NCBI GenBank assembly: GCA_038210245.1
Contig: JBBQWW010000009.1
Span: 2,037 to 66,036 of the forward strand
Length of the DNA: 64,000 nucleotides
Direction: 5' to 3'
Origin: Acidimicrobiales bacterium
GTDB lineage: Bacteria; Actinomycetota; Acidimicrobiia; Acidimicrobiales; RAAP-2
The first letter of the stretch is position 1; the number at the start of each line of letters is the position of its first letter. The notes beneath the pieces are model-generated. The model worked only from the letters and a program-made list of their open reading frames with translations. It did no database searches and was not told where the DNA came from. The translations under genes were made by a program, and so were the position numbers. Of this stretch, positions 7,698-16,648 are shown one piece after another.

Positions 7698-8926
7698 GAT
7701 TCCGTCTCCTGATCTGCTGGCGGTGGCACTGCGTTCGGTGGCTCTTCTGCCGATGGCTCTGCGGTCGGTGGCTCTGACGGTGACGGCTCGGCCGGAAGCG
7801 CCAGGCCCAGGGCCTCGGCCGTCGGTCCGTGGACCACGGTGCCGGCCCGGACCACACAGGTTCCGGCCACGATCTCGTCCGCGAAGTCAGGGGCCAGGTC
7901 ACCGTCCTTGACCAGCAGGCCCAGGAAGTTGGCGATATTGCGGGAGTAGAGGAAGCTGGCGTGGGTGGGCATGGAGGCCGGCGGATTGGTCAGTCCCACC
8001 ACTGTGACCCCGTGGTACAACACGTCCTCGCCGGCCACTGACAGCTCGCAGTTCCCGCCCGAGTCGGCTGCCATGTCCACGATGACCGATCCTTCGCCCA
8101 TCCCCTCGACCATGGCCGTGGTTACTAGTACCGGCGCCCTGCGCCCGGGGATCTGGGCCGTGGTGATGACCACGTCGGATGCCGCCACCTCGGCGGCCAG
8201 CAACTCTTGCTGCTTGGCCAGGTACTCCGCCGACTGTTCCTTGGCGTAGCCGCCGGCACCGTCCTGGGTCTCGAGGTCGAGCTCGACGAACTTGGCCCCG
8301 AGGCTTTGCACCTCCTCTTTGGCCGCGGCCCGGACGTCGTAGGCCCGGACCACAGCACCGAGGCGCCGGGCCGTGGCGATGGCCTGGAGCCCGGCCACCC
8401 CCGCCCCCATCACCAGCACCTTGGCCGGCGGCACCGTGCCGGCCGCAGTCATGAACATGGGGAAGAACTTGGCCAGGTGTTCGGCGGCTGACAGGCCGGC
8501 CCGATATCCCGACACGGTGGCCTGGGACGAGAGTGCGTCCATGGACTGGGCCCGGCTGATTCGGGGCAGGAGGTCGAGGCTGTAGACCGTGGCCCCACGG
8601 CCAGCCAAAGCCTGGACGATCTCGGCGGAGGCGACCGGTTGAAGAAAGCTGATCAGGGTCACCCCGTCCGGGAGGGAGGCCACCTCGTCGGTGGTCGGAG
8701 GCTGGACTCGGGCCACGATGGCCGCTCCGGACAGCGCCGCTACCGCGCCGGAGACCACCGTGGCACCGGCCGCGGTGTAGGCATCGTCACCGAACCTGGC
8801 CGCCACACCGGCGCCGGACTCCACCACCACCTCGACTCCGGTCTTGGCCAGCTTGGCCGCCACCTCGGGAACGATCGCCACACGATCTTCGCCCGGCCGC
8901 GACTCTTTGACGACAGCGAGTTTCAC
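7694..8926 (-). CDS. pntAA: NAD(P) transhydrogenase subunit alpha, part 1 (alanine-dehydrogenase-like NAD domain)
   Basis: Begins VKLAVVKESRPGEDRVA. Rossmann motif VLVMGAGVAGLQA is present. I prefer the GTG at 8926 over the track's start at 9010, because the 9010 extension runs through an AT-rich promoter-like stretch. The tail is Pro/Glu-rich. Confidence 0.85.
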   Translation of the reverse strand: MKLAVVKESRPGEDRVAIVPEVAAKLAKTGVEVVVESGAGVAARFGDDAYTAAGATVVSGAVAALSGAAIVARVQPPTTDEVASLPDGVTLISFLQPVASAEIVQALAGRGATVYSLDLLPRISRAQSMDALSSQATVSGYRAGLSAAEHLAKFFPMFMTAAGTVPPAKVLVMGAGVAGLQAIATARRLGAVVRAYDVRAAAKEEVQSLGAKFVELDLETQDGAGGYAKEQSAEYLAKQQELLAAEVAASDVVITTAQIPGRRAPVLVTTAMVEGMGEGSVIVDMAADSGGNCELSVAGEDVLYHGVTVVGLTNPPASMPTHASFLYSRNIANFLGLLVKDGDLAPDFADEIVAGTCVVRAGTVVHGPTAEALGLALPAEPSPSEPPTAEPSAEEPPNAVPPPADQETES

Positions 8927-9019
8927 GCCAGAGGTATACAACAAATTAGGAGTGGCGCCTACCGGGAGCCGCTGAATCGGGCTCGCCGGCCTCCGATGCG
9001 CCCCCTTCATGGGTCGGGT

Positions 9020-9044
9020 CGAGGGCGGTCAGCGGCCGCCCTCG
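9020..9044 (-). terminator. GC-rich hairpin downstream of the EAL gene
   Basis: CGAGGGCGG-tcagcgg-CCGCCCTCG, a 9-bp perfect stem. There is no U-tract. Confidence 0.3.
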
Positions 9045-9135
9045 CGTCGAGCAAGGCCCAGCCCAGGCCCTCCTCGCACCCTCGGACCGCACCCGAGGAC
9101 ACCCCGGTGCGAGCCCGGGTCCCCTGGTCGGCGGG

Positions 9136-10242
9136 TCAGTCCCCGGCCGACGCTACGTCCGGGTCGGACCGGTCCGACGTGGCCGGGGCGGAGCGGTCCA
9201 TCCCCTCCTCGATCGGCTCAGCGACCTCGGAGTCAGTGGCGTCGGAATCGGTGGCGTCGGAATCAGTGGTGTCGGAATCAGTGGCGTCGGCAATGGGGGG
9301 ATCGTCCGGAGCACCAGTGGGTTGGGCGGCTTCTGGGGTCACATCGGGAAGCAACACCGTCCGGATCTCCGTGCGGGAGAACTGCGGAACGTCGGTGCCT
9401 CCGGCCAGGGCTGCGGCGTTCTCACTGGACATGGGCCGGGCGAAGAAGAACCCCTGGGCGGCGTCGGCGTTGAACGATCGCACGATCTGGACCTGAGCGG
9501 CTGTCTCCACGGCCTCGACGATGGCCGACATCCCGAGCGAGTGGGCCATGTGGATCACTGTCTCCACCACCAGCCGGTTGATGCCCTGGGTCGGCTCGAG
9601 CCCGGCGATGAACGATCCGTCGATCTTCACGGTGCTGATGGAGTGACGCTTGAAGGGCTCGAACGACGACCAATTGGTGCCGGCATCGTCCACCGACAGT
9701 TGCACCCCCATCTGCGAGAGGTTCTTCAGGTCGGCGGACGCTGCCGGGTCCACGATGGCGTCCTCGGTGACCTCGAGGGTCAGCTGACCGCTGCGGAAGC
9801 CGGTGGCCTCGAGGGCGGCGGCCACGGCGTTGGACACTTCGCCCCTACGCAGCTGGTCGATGGTGCAGTTCACGCCCAACTGGATGCTCGGCGACCAGGT
9901 ACAGGCCTGCTCGCAGGCCTCCATGACGATCCAGCGGGTCAGCGGTCCGATGTCCCCGTTCTGTTCGGCGTAGGGAATCAGCTGGTTGGGCGAGATGAGG
10001 CCCTGGGTGGGGTGCTGCCAGCGGACCAGGGCCTCCATGCCGAGCAGTCGACCGGTGGACAGGTCGATGACCGGTAGATACTCGAGGAAGGGCGTTCCGG
10101 CCAGGGCAAAGGTCGGCTCGGTCTGCGTCAGCACGGGACCATCGTCCCGGCGCCTGACGCGCCATCCCCTCCGTTGCCCCCGTCCGCCGGGGCCGCGAAT
10201 TCTCCTTGCACCTAGGGAGCATCGACCATCTGGTGGTCCCAC
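9136..10242 (-). CDS. Stand-alone EAL-domain c-di-GMP phosphodiesterase with an acidic pentapeptide-repeat tail
   Basis: Motifs EALVRW, LEVTED, DDAGTNWSS, KIDGSFI, EAVET and QGFFFARP. The C-terminal tail is (TDSD[TA])x4. The start codon is uncertain and probably lies downstream of 10242. Confidence 0.85.
   Translation of the reverse strand: MGPPDGRCSLGARRIRGPGGRGQRRGWRVRRRDDGPVLTQTEPTFALAGTPFLEYLPVIDLSTGRLLGMEALVRWQHPTQGLISPNQLIPYAEQNGDIGPLTRWIVMEACEQACTWSPSIQLGVNCTIDQLRRGEVSNAVAAALEATGFRSGQLTLEVTEDAIVDPAASADLKNLSQMGVQLSVDDAGTNWSSFEPFKRHSISTVKIDGSFIAGLEPTQGINRLVVETVIHMAHSLGMSAIVEAVETAAQVQIVRSFNADAAQGFFFARPMSSENAAALAGGTDVPQFSRTEIRTVLLPDVTPEAAQPTGAPDDPPIADATDSDTTDSDATDSDATDSEVAEPIEEGMDRSAPATSDRSDPDVASAGD
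9236..9295 (-). repeat. 15-bp in-frame tandem repeat x4
   Basis: GTGGCGTCGGAATC[G/A] repeated four times. It encodes the TDSDA repeats of the EAL protein. Confidence 0.85.
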
Positions 10243-10254
10243 TTGAGGAGTTTC

Positions 10255-10268
10255 CGATCGATCGATCG
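10255..10268. promoter_or_regulatory. 14-bp perfect palindrome CGATCGATCGATCG
   Basis: (GATC)x3 core, located at or just upstream of the EAL gene's 5' end. Confidence 0.25.
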
Positions 10269-10327
10269 AAGGAGTCCTCCCTGGTTAGAGGCCTGGCAGG
10301 ACCCATCGGCCATCCGTCCACATCGGT

Positions 10328-11164
10328 TCAGCCGGCGGACCCTCCCGATGGCCCCTCGGCGGCGCCCAGGAAAGCGGGCCACTCTCCCCCTCCGTGGGCC
10401 ACCACATTGGCCCCACTGACGTAGCTGGCCAGGGGAGAGGCCAGGAACAGGCAGATCCCGGCCACATCTTCAGGGGTGCCGAACCGGCCGAGGGGAACAG
10501 TGGCCGCCACCCGGACCATCCCCTCGGGGCCCCCGTAGTACTCGTCGGCCGCCTCAGTGGCCACCAGTCCGGCGCTGACCGCATTGACCCGGACCCTCGG
10601 GGCCCACTCGACGGCCAGCGTCTGGGTCAGGTTGATCAGGCCGGCCTTGGCCGCCCCGTAGGCCGACGACCCCGGAGACGGCCGGATACCGCTCACCGAG
10701 GTGATGTTGACGATCGACCCGCCCTCCTCCTGCTCCTGCATGGCGCCGTTGGCCGCTTGGGCGCAGTACAGGGGGGCGAGGAGGTTGAGCGTCACGATGG
10801 AGGCGGCGAACCGGGGTGAGGCCACGGCGGCGTCCACCGAGGGCGAGCCACCGGCGTTGTTGACCAGGGTGTCGATCCGCCCGAACCTCTCCACCGCGGT
10901 GGCGATCACGCCCGAGGCCTGATCGGCCTCCCGCACGTCCCCGACGACGAATACCGCCGTCCGTGCCGTGCCGGCGGCGTCGGTGGCCGTGGGGAGCTGG
11001 TCTTGAGGCACCTCGTGACGGCCGCACACCACCACGTCGGCCCCGGCGGCCAAGAAACCCTCGCTGATGCCCCGCCCGATACCCCTCGCCCCCCCGGTGA
11101 CCACCACCACACGCCCGCGGAAGTCGAGATCCCCCGATGTGCGAGCAGATTCGTATGTGGCCAC
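10328..11164 (-). CDS. SDR-family oxidoreductase (IpdF-position dehydrogenase)
   Basis: GRVVVVTGGARGIGRGI Rossmann motif, NNAG, and the YGAAK active-site motif. The start is a GTG at 11164 preceded by GGAGG plus a 5-nt spacer. The track's longer 5' extension is rejected. Confidence 0.88.
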   Translation of the reverse strand: MATYESARTSGDLDFRGRVVVVTGGARGIGRGISEGFLAAGADVVVCGRHEVPQDQLPTATDAAGTARTAVFVVGDVREADQASGVIATAVERFGRIDTLVNNAGGSPSVDAAVASPRFAASIVTLNLLAPLYCAQAANGAMQEQEEGGSIVNITSVSGIRPSPGSSAYGAAKAGLINLTQTLAVEWAPRVRVNAVSAGLVATEAADEYYGGPEGMVRVAATVPLGRFGTPEDVAGICLFLASPLASYVSGANVVAHGGGEWPAFLGAAEGPSGGSAG

Positions 11165-11194
11165 AGCTGCCTCCCGGTCTCGACTGGTACTGTC

Positions 11195-11209
11195 CTGACG
11201 CTGTATCAG
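11195..11209. promoter_or_regulatory. Operator-like dyad (degenerate copy): CTGACGCTGTATCAG
   Basis: Member of the CTGACG-N3-CGTCAG family (see findings). It lies in the divergent SDR/echA intergenic region. Confidence 0.4.
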
Positions 11210-11354
11210 ATCACGCCGAGTGGGACCCCGCTCTCCGGCTCTGCGGCTCCCGGTGTCCCGGGACCGGGGACCGGCTTCGGGAGTGGGGCCATCCACCGAC
11301 CTTCACCACCCACCGAGTCCCCCGTCGACTCCCACCGACCGCCCGGAGCCCTGT

Positions 11355-12113
11355 ATGCCCATCACCGTCCACCAGAACGCTCCCGGGATCGCCGAGGTGG
11401 TCATCGACCACCCCCCGGTCAACGCTCTCGACGTGGCCGGCTGGTTCGGACTGGCCGACGCGGTGCTGGCCGCCGGACGGGTGCCCGACAACCGGGTGGT
11501 CATCGTGCGGGCCGAGGGGCGGGGCTTCTGTGCCGGAGTGGACATCAAGGAGATCCAGGCCCGAGGCGACGAGGCCCTGATCGGGGCCAACCGGGGCTGC
11601 TTCGCCGCCTTCGCCGCCGTCTACGAGTGCGAGGTTCCGGTCATCGCCGCCGTCCACGGGTTCTGTCTGGGCGGCGGCGTGGGCATCGCCGGCAACGCCG
11701 ACATCGTGGTGGCCTCCGACGATGCCACCTTCGGTCTGCCCGAGGTGGACCGGGGGGCCCTCGGAGCCGCCACCCACCTGTCGCGGCTGGTCCCCCAGCA
11801 CCGGATGCGATCGATGGTCTACACCGCCGAGCCGGCCAGCGCCGCCGAGCTCCACCACTACGGCTCGGTGCTCCGGGTGGTGCCTCGAGACCAGTTGGTA
11901 GCCACGGCCTATGAGGTGGCCGCGACCATCGCCACCAAGTCTCCGACCATTCTCCGTCGGGCCAAGGAGTCGCTCAACGGGATCGACCCGGTGGACGTGA
12001 AGGGCAGCTACCGGCTCGAGCAGGGATTCACCTACGAACTGCACGTGGCCGGTGTGGCCGACGAGCAGCGCGCCGCCTTCGTCGAGAAGCGCGACGCCGA
12101 CACCAGCAGATAG
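11355..12113 (+). CDS. Enoyl-CoA hydratase/isomerase (EchA20-position)
   Basis: Starts MPITVHQNAPGIAEVVIDHPPVNAL. Crotonase oxyanion-hole motifs GRGFCAGVDI and VHGFCLGGG are present. Confidence 0.88.
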   Translation: MPITVHQNAPGIAEVVIDHPPVNALDVAGWFGLADAVLAAGRVPDNRVVIVRAEGRGFCAGVDIKEIQARGDEALIGANRGCFAAFAAVYECEVPVIAAVHGFCLGGGVGIAGNADIVVASDDATFGLPEVDRGALGAATHLSRLVPQHRMRSMVYTAEPASAAELHHYGSVLRVVPRDQLVATAYEVAATIATKSPTILRRAKESLNGIDPVDVKGSYRLEQGFTYELHVAGVADEQRAAFVEKRDADTSR

Positions 12114-12121
12114 GGGCAGGC

Positions 12122-13039
12122 GTGTCTGACAAACGATTGACACTGGACGAGTTCGTCGGCGAGCTCCGCAGCGGGATGACCATCGGGATCGGCGGATGGG
12201 GATCCCGGCGTAAGCCCATGGCCGCCGTCAGGGCCATCCTGCGCAGCGACCTCACCGATCTGACCGTGGTGTCCTACGGAGGACCTGACGTCGGCCTGCT
12301 GTGTGCGGCCGGCAAGGTCAGTACGGCTGTCTACGGCTTCGTCACCCTCGACTCCATCCCGACCGACCCCCACTTCAAGGCGGCCCGCCAGGCCGGCGCC
12401 ATCGAGTGCGTGGAGCTCGATGAAGGCATGTTCTACCTGGGCCTCATGGCCGCCTCGCAACGGGTGCCGTTCCTCCCCACCCGGGCCGGCCTGGGTTCCG
12501 ACGTACTGGTGGTCAACCCGTCGCTGCGCACCGTGGTCTCGCCCTACGACGACGGCGAGGAGCTGGTGGCGGTGCCGGCCCTCCGGCTCGATGCCGCCCT
12601 GGTCCACGTGAATCGGGCCGACACCAAGGGGTCCGGTCAGGTACTCGGACCCGATCCCTTCTTCGACGAGCTGTTCCTTGGAGCGGCCGACCGCCGCTTC
12701 ATGACCACGGAACGCATCGTGGAGACCGACCAGTTCGCCTCCGAGGGCCCCCTCCAGACCATGTGCATCAGCCGGCTGCTCACCGACGGGGTGATCGAGA
12801 CCGAGGGGGGGGCCCACTTCACCGCCTGCGTTCCCGACTACTCGCGGGATGAGGCGTTCCAGAAGGAGTACGTGGCCGCCGCCGGGGATCCCGAGGCCTG
12901 GGCCGCCTTCACCGAGCGGTTCCTGTCCGTGGACGAGCCCGCCTACCAGGTTGCCGTGGGCCAAGCCACCGTGGAGAGGAAGGCCCGGATCGCCGCCGAG
13001 AAGGCCGCAGCTGCGGCCGGCCCAGGGGAGGCCTCATGA
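12122..13039 (+). CDS. ipdA: CoA-transferase subunit A (IpdA-like)
   Basis: The N-terminus LDEFVGELRSGMTIGIGGWGSRRKPMAAVRAILRSDLTDLTVVSYGGPDVG is typical of the glutaconate-CoA-transferase-like alpha subunit. The symbol rests on synteny (echA-A-B-NMO). Confidence 0.75.
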   Translation: MSDKRLTLDEFVGELRSGMTIGIGGWGSRRKPMAAVRAILRSDLTDLTVVSYGGPDVGLLCAAGKVSTAVYGFVTLDSIPTDPHFKAARQAGAIECVELDEGMFYLGLMAASQRVPFLPTRAGLGSDVLVVNPSLRTVVSPYDDGEELVAVPALRLDAALVHVNRADTKGSGQVLGPDPFFDELFLGAADRRFMTTERIVETDQFASEGPLQTMCISRLLTDGVIETEGGAHFTACVPDYSRDEAFQKEYVAAAGDPEAWAAFTERFLSVDEPAYQVAVGQATVERKARIAAEKAAAAAGPGEAS

Positions 13040-13833
13040 GCGCACCGCCACCAGACATCGAGGGTTCGGGAGGATCCGGAGTGACCCGGGCCGAGTACTG
13101 CGCCGTGGCTTGCGCCGAGGTCTTCCGGGGCGACGGCGAGGTCATGGCCAGCGCCTTCGGCACGGCACCGGCCCTGGGGGCCCGGCTAGCCCGGCTGACC
13201 TTCGCTCCCGACCTCGTCCTGACCGACGGTGACGCCGCCCTGGTGGCTGGAGTCCCAGCCCTCGGCGTCGACCCGACCACCCTCCTGCTCGAGTCGCACA
13301 TGCCCTACCGGAAGGTATTCGACACCGTGTGGTCGGGCCGGCGGAACCTGATCATGATGGCCTCCCAGATCGACCGCACCGGCAATCAGAACATCAGTGC
13401 CATCGGGGAGTGGGCCCGGCCCAAGGTCCAGCTGATCGGGGTGCGCGGCGCGCCCGGCAACACGGTCAACCACCCGACGAGCTACTGGGTCCCCAACCAC
13501 TCCACCCGCTCCTTCGTCGAGCAAGTGGACGTGGTCTGCGGTGTCGGCTACGCCCGGGCCGAGGGGGCCGGCCCCGCCGCCACCCGTTTTCACGAGATAC
13601 GCCTGGTCATCTCCAACCTCGGGGTCTTCGACTTCGACACCCCCGATCGGGTGATGCGGCTGCGCTCGGTCCACCCCGGCGTGACCGTGGACGAGGTCGT
13701 CGGGGCCACCGGCTTCGAACTGGCCATCCCCGACCAGGTCGCCGAGACGCGTCAGCCCACCCCCGAAGAGCTCGAACTGCTCCGCAGCGTGCTCGATCCG
13801 CGAGGCCTCCGAGAGCGCGAGATCCGATCATGA
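13036..13833 (+). CDS. ipdB: CoA-transferase subunit B (IpdB-like)
   Basis: 265 aa. ATGA overlap with subunit A and ATGA overlap with the next gene. Family call is by position and size alongside subunit A. Confidence 0.7.
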   Translation: MSAPPPDIEGSGGSGVTRAEYCAVACAEVFRGDGEVMASAFGTAPALGARLARLTFAPDLVLTDGDAALVAGVPALGVDPTTLLLESHMPYRKVFDTVWSGRRNLIMMASQIDRTGNQNISAIGEWARPKVQLIGVRGAPGNTVNHPTSYWVPNHSTRSFVEQVDVVCGVGYARAEGAGPAATRFHEIRLVISNLGVFDFDTPDRVMRLRSVHPGVTVDEVVGATGFELAIPDQVAETRQPTPEELELLRSVLDPRGLREREIRS

Positions 13834-14972
13834 CCCCTCCAGGCCGAGGCGCCGGTGGGGACGGGACGGCCCCGCCGGGAGCCCCGTCGAGCAGTGCCCC
13901 CCTCGTGCACCCGGCCCTGCACACGCCGTTCTGCGACCTGGTCGGCGTCCGGTACCCCATCGTCCAGACGGGCATGGGCTGGGTGGCCGGACCCCGACTG
14001 GTGGCCGCCACCGCCGAGGCCGGAGGACTGGGCATCCTGGCGTCGGCCACCATGACCTTCCCCGAGCTGGTCACCGCCATCGCCGAGGTCCGGTCCCGCA
14101 CCGACCGGCCGTTCGGGGTGAACATGCGGACCGACGTGGCCGACGTCGGGGACCGGGTGGCCCTGATGATCGAGAACGGGGTGCGGGTGGCCAGCTTCGC
14201 CCAGGCCCCGAAGCCCGACCTGGTCACCCGGTGTCGCGACGCCGGGTTGGTGGTCATGCCCACCATCGGCGCCCGTCGCCACGCCGAGAAGGTGGCCGGT
14301 TGGGGTGTCGACGCAGTCATCGCCCAGGGTGGTGAGGGCGGGGGCCACACCGGTACGGTTCCCACCTCGCTGCTCACCCCGGCCGTCGTCGACGCCGTGG
14401 GTGACCGGGTCCAGGTCATTGCGGCCGGGGGCTTCTTCGACGGGCGGGGCCTGGTGGCGGCCCTGGCCTACGGCGCCTCGGGTATCGCCATGGGTACACG
14501 GTTCCTTCTGACCCAGGAGAGCCGGGTGCCCGACGAGGTCAAGCAGGTCTACCTGGGGACGCCGGTGACCGGCACGGTGGTCTCCACCGCCGTGGACGGT
14601 GCTCCCCAGCGGGTCATCCGCACCCAGTTGGTCGATCGGCTCGAGAAGTCCAGCTGGGTGCAGAACCTGCCCAGGGCCCTGGCCAACGCCCACGCCTTTC
14701 GCCGCGAGACCGAGACATCCCTCCCTGCCCTGGTCAAGGAAGGTCGGGCACTCAAGCAGGGCAACGAGCTGTCGTGGCCCCAGGTGGTGATGGCGGCCAA
14801 CGCCCCCATGATGACCAAAGCCGCCCTGGTGGATGGTCGCACCGACGTGGGCATCCTGCCCACCGGCCAGGTGGTGGGTGAGATCGCCGAGCTGCCCACC
14901 GTGGCCGAGCTGATCGCCCGCATGGTGGCGGAAGCCACTGCCGTTCTGGACCGATTGGCTGGGTCGGCCTGA
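13830..14972 (+). CDS. ipdC: Nitronate monooxygenase/enoyl-reductase-type FMN enzyme (IpdC-like)
   Basis: Real start is the ATG at 13830 (MTPPGRG...). YPIVQTGMGWVAGPRLVAATAEAGGLGILAS and IAQGGEGGGHTG are NMO signatures. The track's 13329 start is a shadow extension. Confidence 0.8.
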   Translation: MTPPGRGAGGDGTAPPGAPSSSAPLVHPALHTPFCDLVGVRYPIVQTGMGWVAGPRLVAATAEAGGLGILASATMTFPELVTAIAEVRSRTDRPFGVNMRTDVADVGDRVALMIENGVRVASFAQAPKPDLVTRCRDAGLVVMPTIGARRHAEKVAGWGVDAVIAQGGEGGGHTGTVPTSLLTPAVVDAVGDRVQVIAAGGFFDGRGLVAALAYGASGIAMGTRFLLTQESRVPDEVKQVYLGTPVTGTVVSTAVDGAPQRVIRTQLVDRLEKSSWVQNLPRALANAHAFRRETETSLPALVKEGRALKQGNELSWPQVVMAANAPMMTKAALVDGRTDVGILPTGQVVGEIAELPTVAELIARMVAEATAVLDRLAGSA

Positions 14973-15075
14973 GACGCTTAGGGCGGTCCATGGCCCAGGG
15001 CGACCGTGCCGACCACCTCCCCGTGACCAGCCGATCGCCGGTCCAATCGGGGTCGGTTGCTACTATCCACCTCCA

Positions 15076-16323
15076 GTGAATCCCTCGGCGGCTGCTCCGA
15101 CCAGCTTCCACGCTGACTTCGATCTGCTCGATCCCGAGTGGAATGTCGATCCCTACCCGCACTACCGGGAACTCCGCCGGAACGCCCCGATCCACCGCAG
15201 CCAGATGGGCGACATGGGATTTTGGGTGGTGGCCCGCCACGCCGACTGCCTGGCCATGCTCCGCGACCGTCGCGTGAGCTCCGACACGTTGAACGTCCCC
15301 GAGGGTTTCCGTCGGCCCATCGGTGACGATCCCGTTGCTGCGGCCCGCCTCGATATGCGGCCGTTCCTGTTTCGGGACCCCCCGGACCACACCAGACTGC
15401 GCGGCCTGTTGGTCAAGGCTTTCACCCCCAGGGTCGTCGAGTCGCTCCGGGACCGAACCCAGCAGATGGTCGATGAACTCCTCGATGAGATCCTCGAGGC
15501 CGGGGAGGTCGATCTCCTTGAGGACTTTGCTTCCCCGCTGCCCGTACGGGTCATCTGCGACCTTCTGGGCGTCCCAGCTGCGGACTGGGGCCGATTCCGG
15601 ATCTGGTCGGACGACATGGCTCGGGGGCTCGACCCTGACTTCCTGCTTTCGGATGAGATCGTTGCCGATCGCGATGCCGCCGTGGTACAGTTCGCCGGCT
15701 ACTTCTACGAGTTGTTGGCCCACCGCCGAAAGCACCTCGGGCACGATCTACTGAGCCGGCTCATCGAGGTAGAGGAAGGGGGTTCGGTCCTCACCGAAGC
15801 GGAGATGCTCTCGACCTGCATCCTGCTCCTCGTGGCTGGACACGAGACCACCACCATCCTGCTCTCCGGCGGCACCCTGGCCCTTCTCCGCAACCCGGAC
15901 CAGATGAAGCTGTTCAGTGCCGATCCGGAGGCGCAGCGTGGCGGCATCGAGGAGATGCTCCGGTTCGTCACTCCGGTGCAGATGACAGCGCGAGCCATGA
16001 CCGAGAACTGCGAATTCGGTGGGGTGCGATTCGCCCGGGGGGACTACGCCATCCTACTTCTGGCCTCGGCCAACCGCGACGCCGAGGTGTTCGAGGATCC
16101 CGAACTGTTTGACATCACCCGGACGCCGAACAGCCATCTGGGTCTGGGCTTCGGCATCCACCACTGCCTCGGGGCACCCCTGGCGCGGATGCAGAGCCAT
16201 GTGGCCCTGGCCACCTTGGTCCGTCGCGCTCCCCAGTTGACGCTGGCGACGGACGAAATCACCTACAAATCCAACATCGTCATGCGATGCGTGGAGTCGT
16301 TGCCGGTGTCGATCCACGGCTGA
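15076..16323 (+). CDS. Cytochrome P450
   Basis: 415 aa. I-helix LLLVAGHETT, EMLR (ExxR), and the heme-thiolate loop LGFGIHHCLGAPLAR. Confidence 0.92.
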   Translation: MNPSAAAPTSFHADFDLLDPEWNVDPYPHYRELRRNAPIHRSQMGDMGFWVVARHADCLAMLRDRRVSSDTLNVPEGFRRPIGDDPVAAARLDMRPFLFRDPPDHTRLRGLLVKAFTPRVVESLRDRTQQMVDELLDEILEAGEVDLLEDFASPLPVRVICDLLGVPAADWGRFRIWSDDMARGLDPDFLLSDEIVADRDAAVVQFAGYFYELLAHRRKHLGHDLLSRLIEVEEGGSVLTEAEMLSTCILLLVAGHETTTILLSGGTLALLRNPDQMKLFSADPEAQRGGIEEMLRFVTPVQMTARAMTENCEFGGVRFARGDYAILLLASANRDAEVFEDPELFDITRTPNSHLGLGFGIHHCLGAPLARMQSHVALATLVRRAPQLTLATDEITYKSNIVMRCVESLPVSIHG

Positions 16324-16490
16324 CACTGCCGTCATCTGCGATACAAGACCACGAGATGCCGTGTCGTTCCGAGGCCAGCAAAGTCCCATTCCATTGGGTG
16401 ATTCAGTTTCGGCTCATTTCCGTATAGATGCGAGCGGCGTTAGCACTCTTCGAGGCGTCATTTCGGTCGGGTTAACACTGCCAAGAGCCT

Positions 16491-16513
16491 GATTGGCCAT
16501 TGTGCCGCCAATC
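16491..16513. promoter_or_regulatory. Inverted repeat GATTGGC-N9-GCCAATC
   Basis: Perfect 7-bp arms within the AT-rich 325-bp spacer upstream of the ketosynthase gene. Confidence 0.35.
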
Positions 16514-16546
16514 CAAGTGAGCAATAATCTGGGGCAGCCGTACCTG

Positions 16547-16580
16547 CCACGGTTGCCGTACCTGCCACGGAAGACGATCG
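16547..16580 (+). promoter_or_regulatory. Perfect 16-bp direct repeat x2 (GCCGTACCTGCCACGG), 18-bp period
   Basis: Two identical copies separated by TT. The second copy ends 69 nt before the ketosynthase ATG. Confidence 0.4.
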
Positions 16581-16648
16581 AAGACCTGCCTGCATCTCGC
16601 ACTCCTTGCTTCGGTCGTCGACTCAAAGCATCAGCAAGAGGAGCTCTC

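Noticed and set aside
5866-7911. 681-aa plus-strand ORF covering the pnt locus
   Set aside because: It is antisense to unmistakable pntB/pntAB/pntAA coding sequence. Its composition is His/Gly/Arg/Asp-rich with no domain signature.
8927-9010. ATG at 9010 as the pntAA start
   Set aside because: It would translate through an AT-rich promoter-like stretch (CCTAATTTGTTGTATACC). The family N-terminus (VKLAVVKE...E-RVA) begins at the GTG at 8926.
13329-13829. Long 5' extensions offered by the ORF track (for example 13329, 11220, 11296, 22370, 23310, 27782, 31394, 34431, 35011, 36783, 40277, 41274/42908, 45946, 51760, 53023)
   Set aside because: The extensions overlap upstream genes or low-complexity Pro/Arg sequence. 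Internal starts give canonical family N-termini, RBS spacing or 4-nt coupling overlaps.
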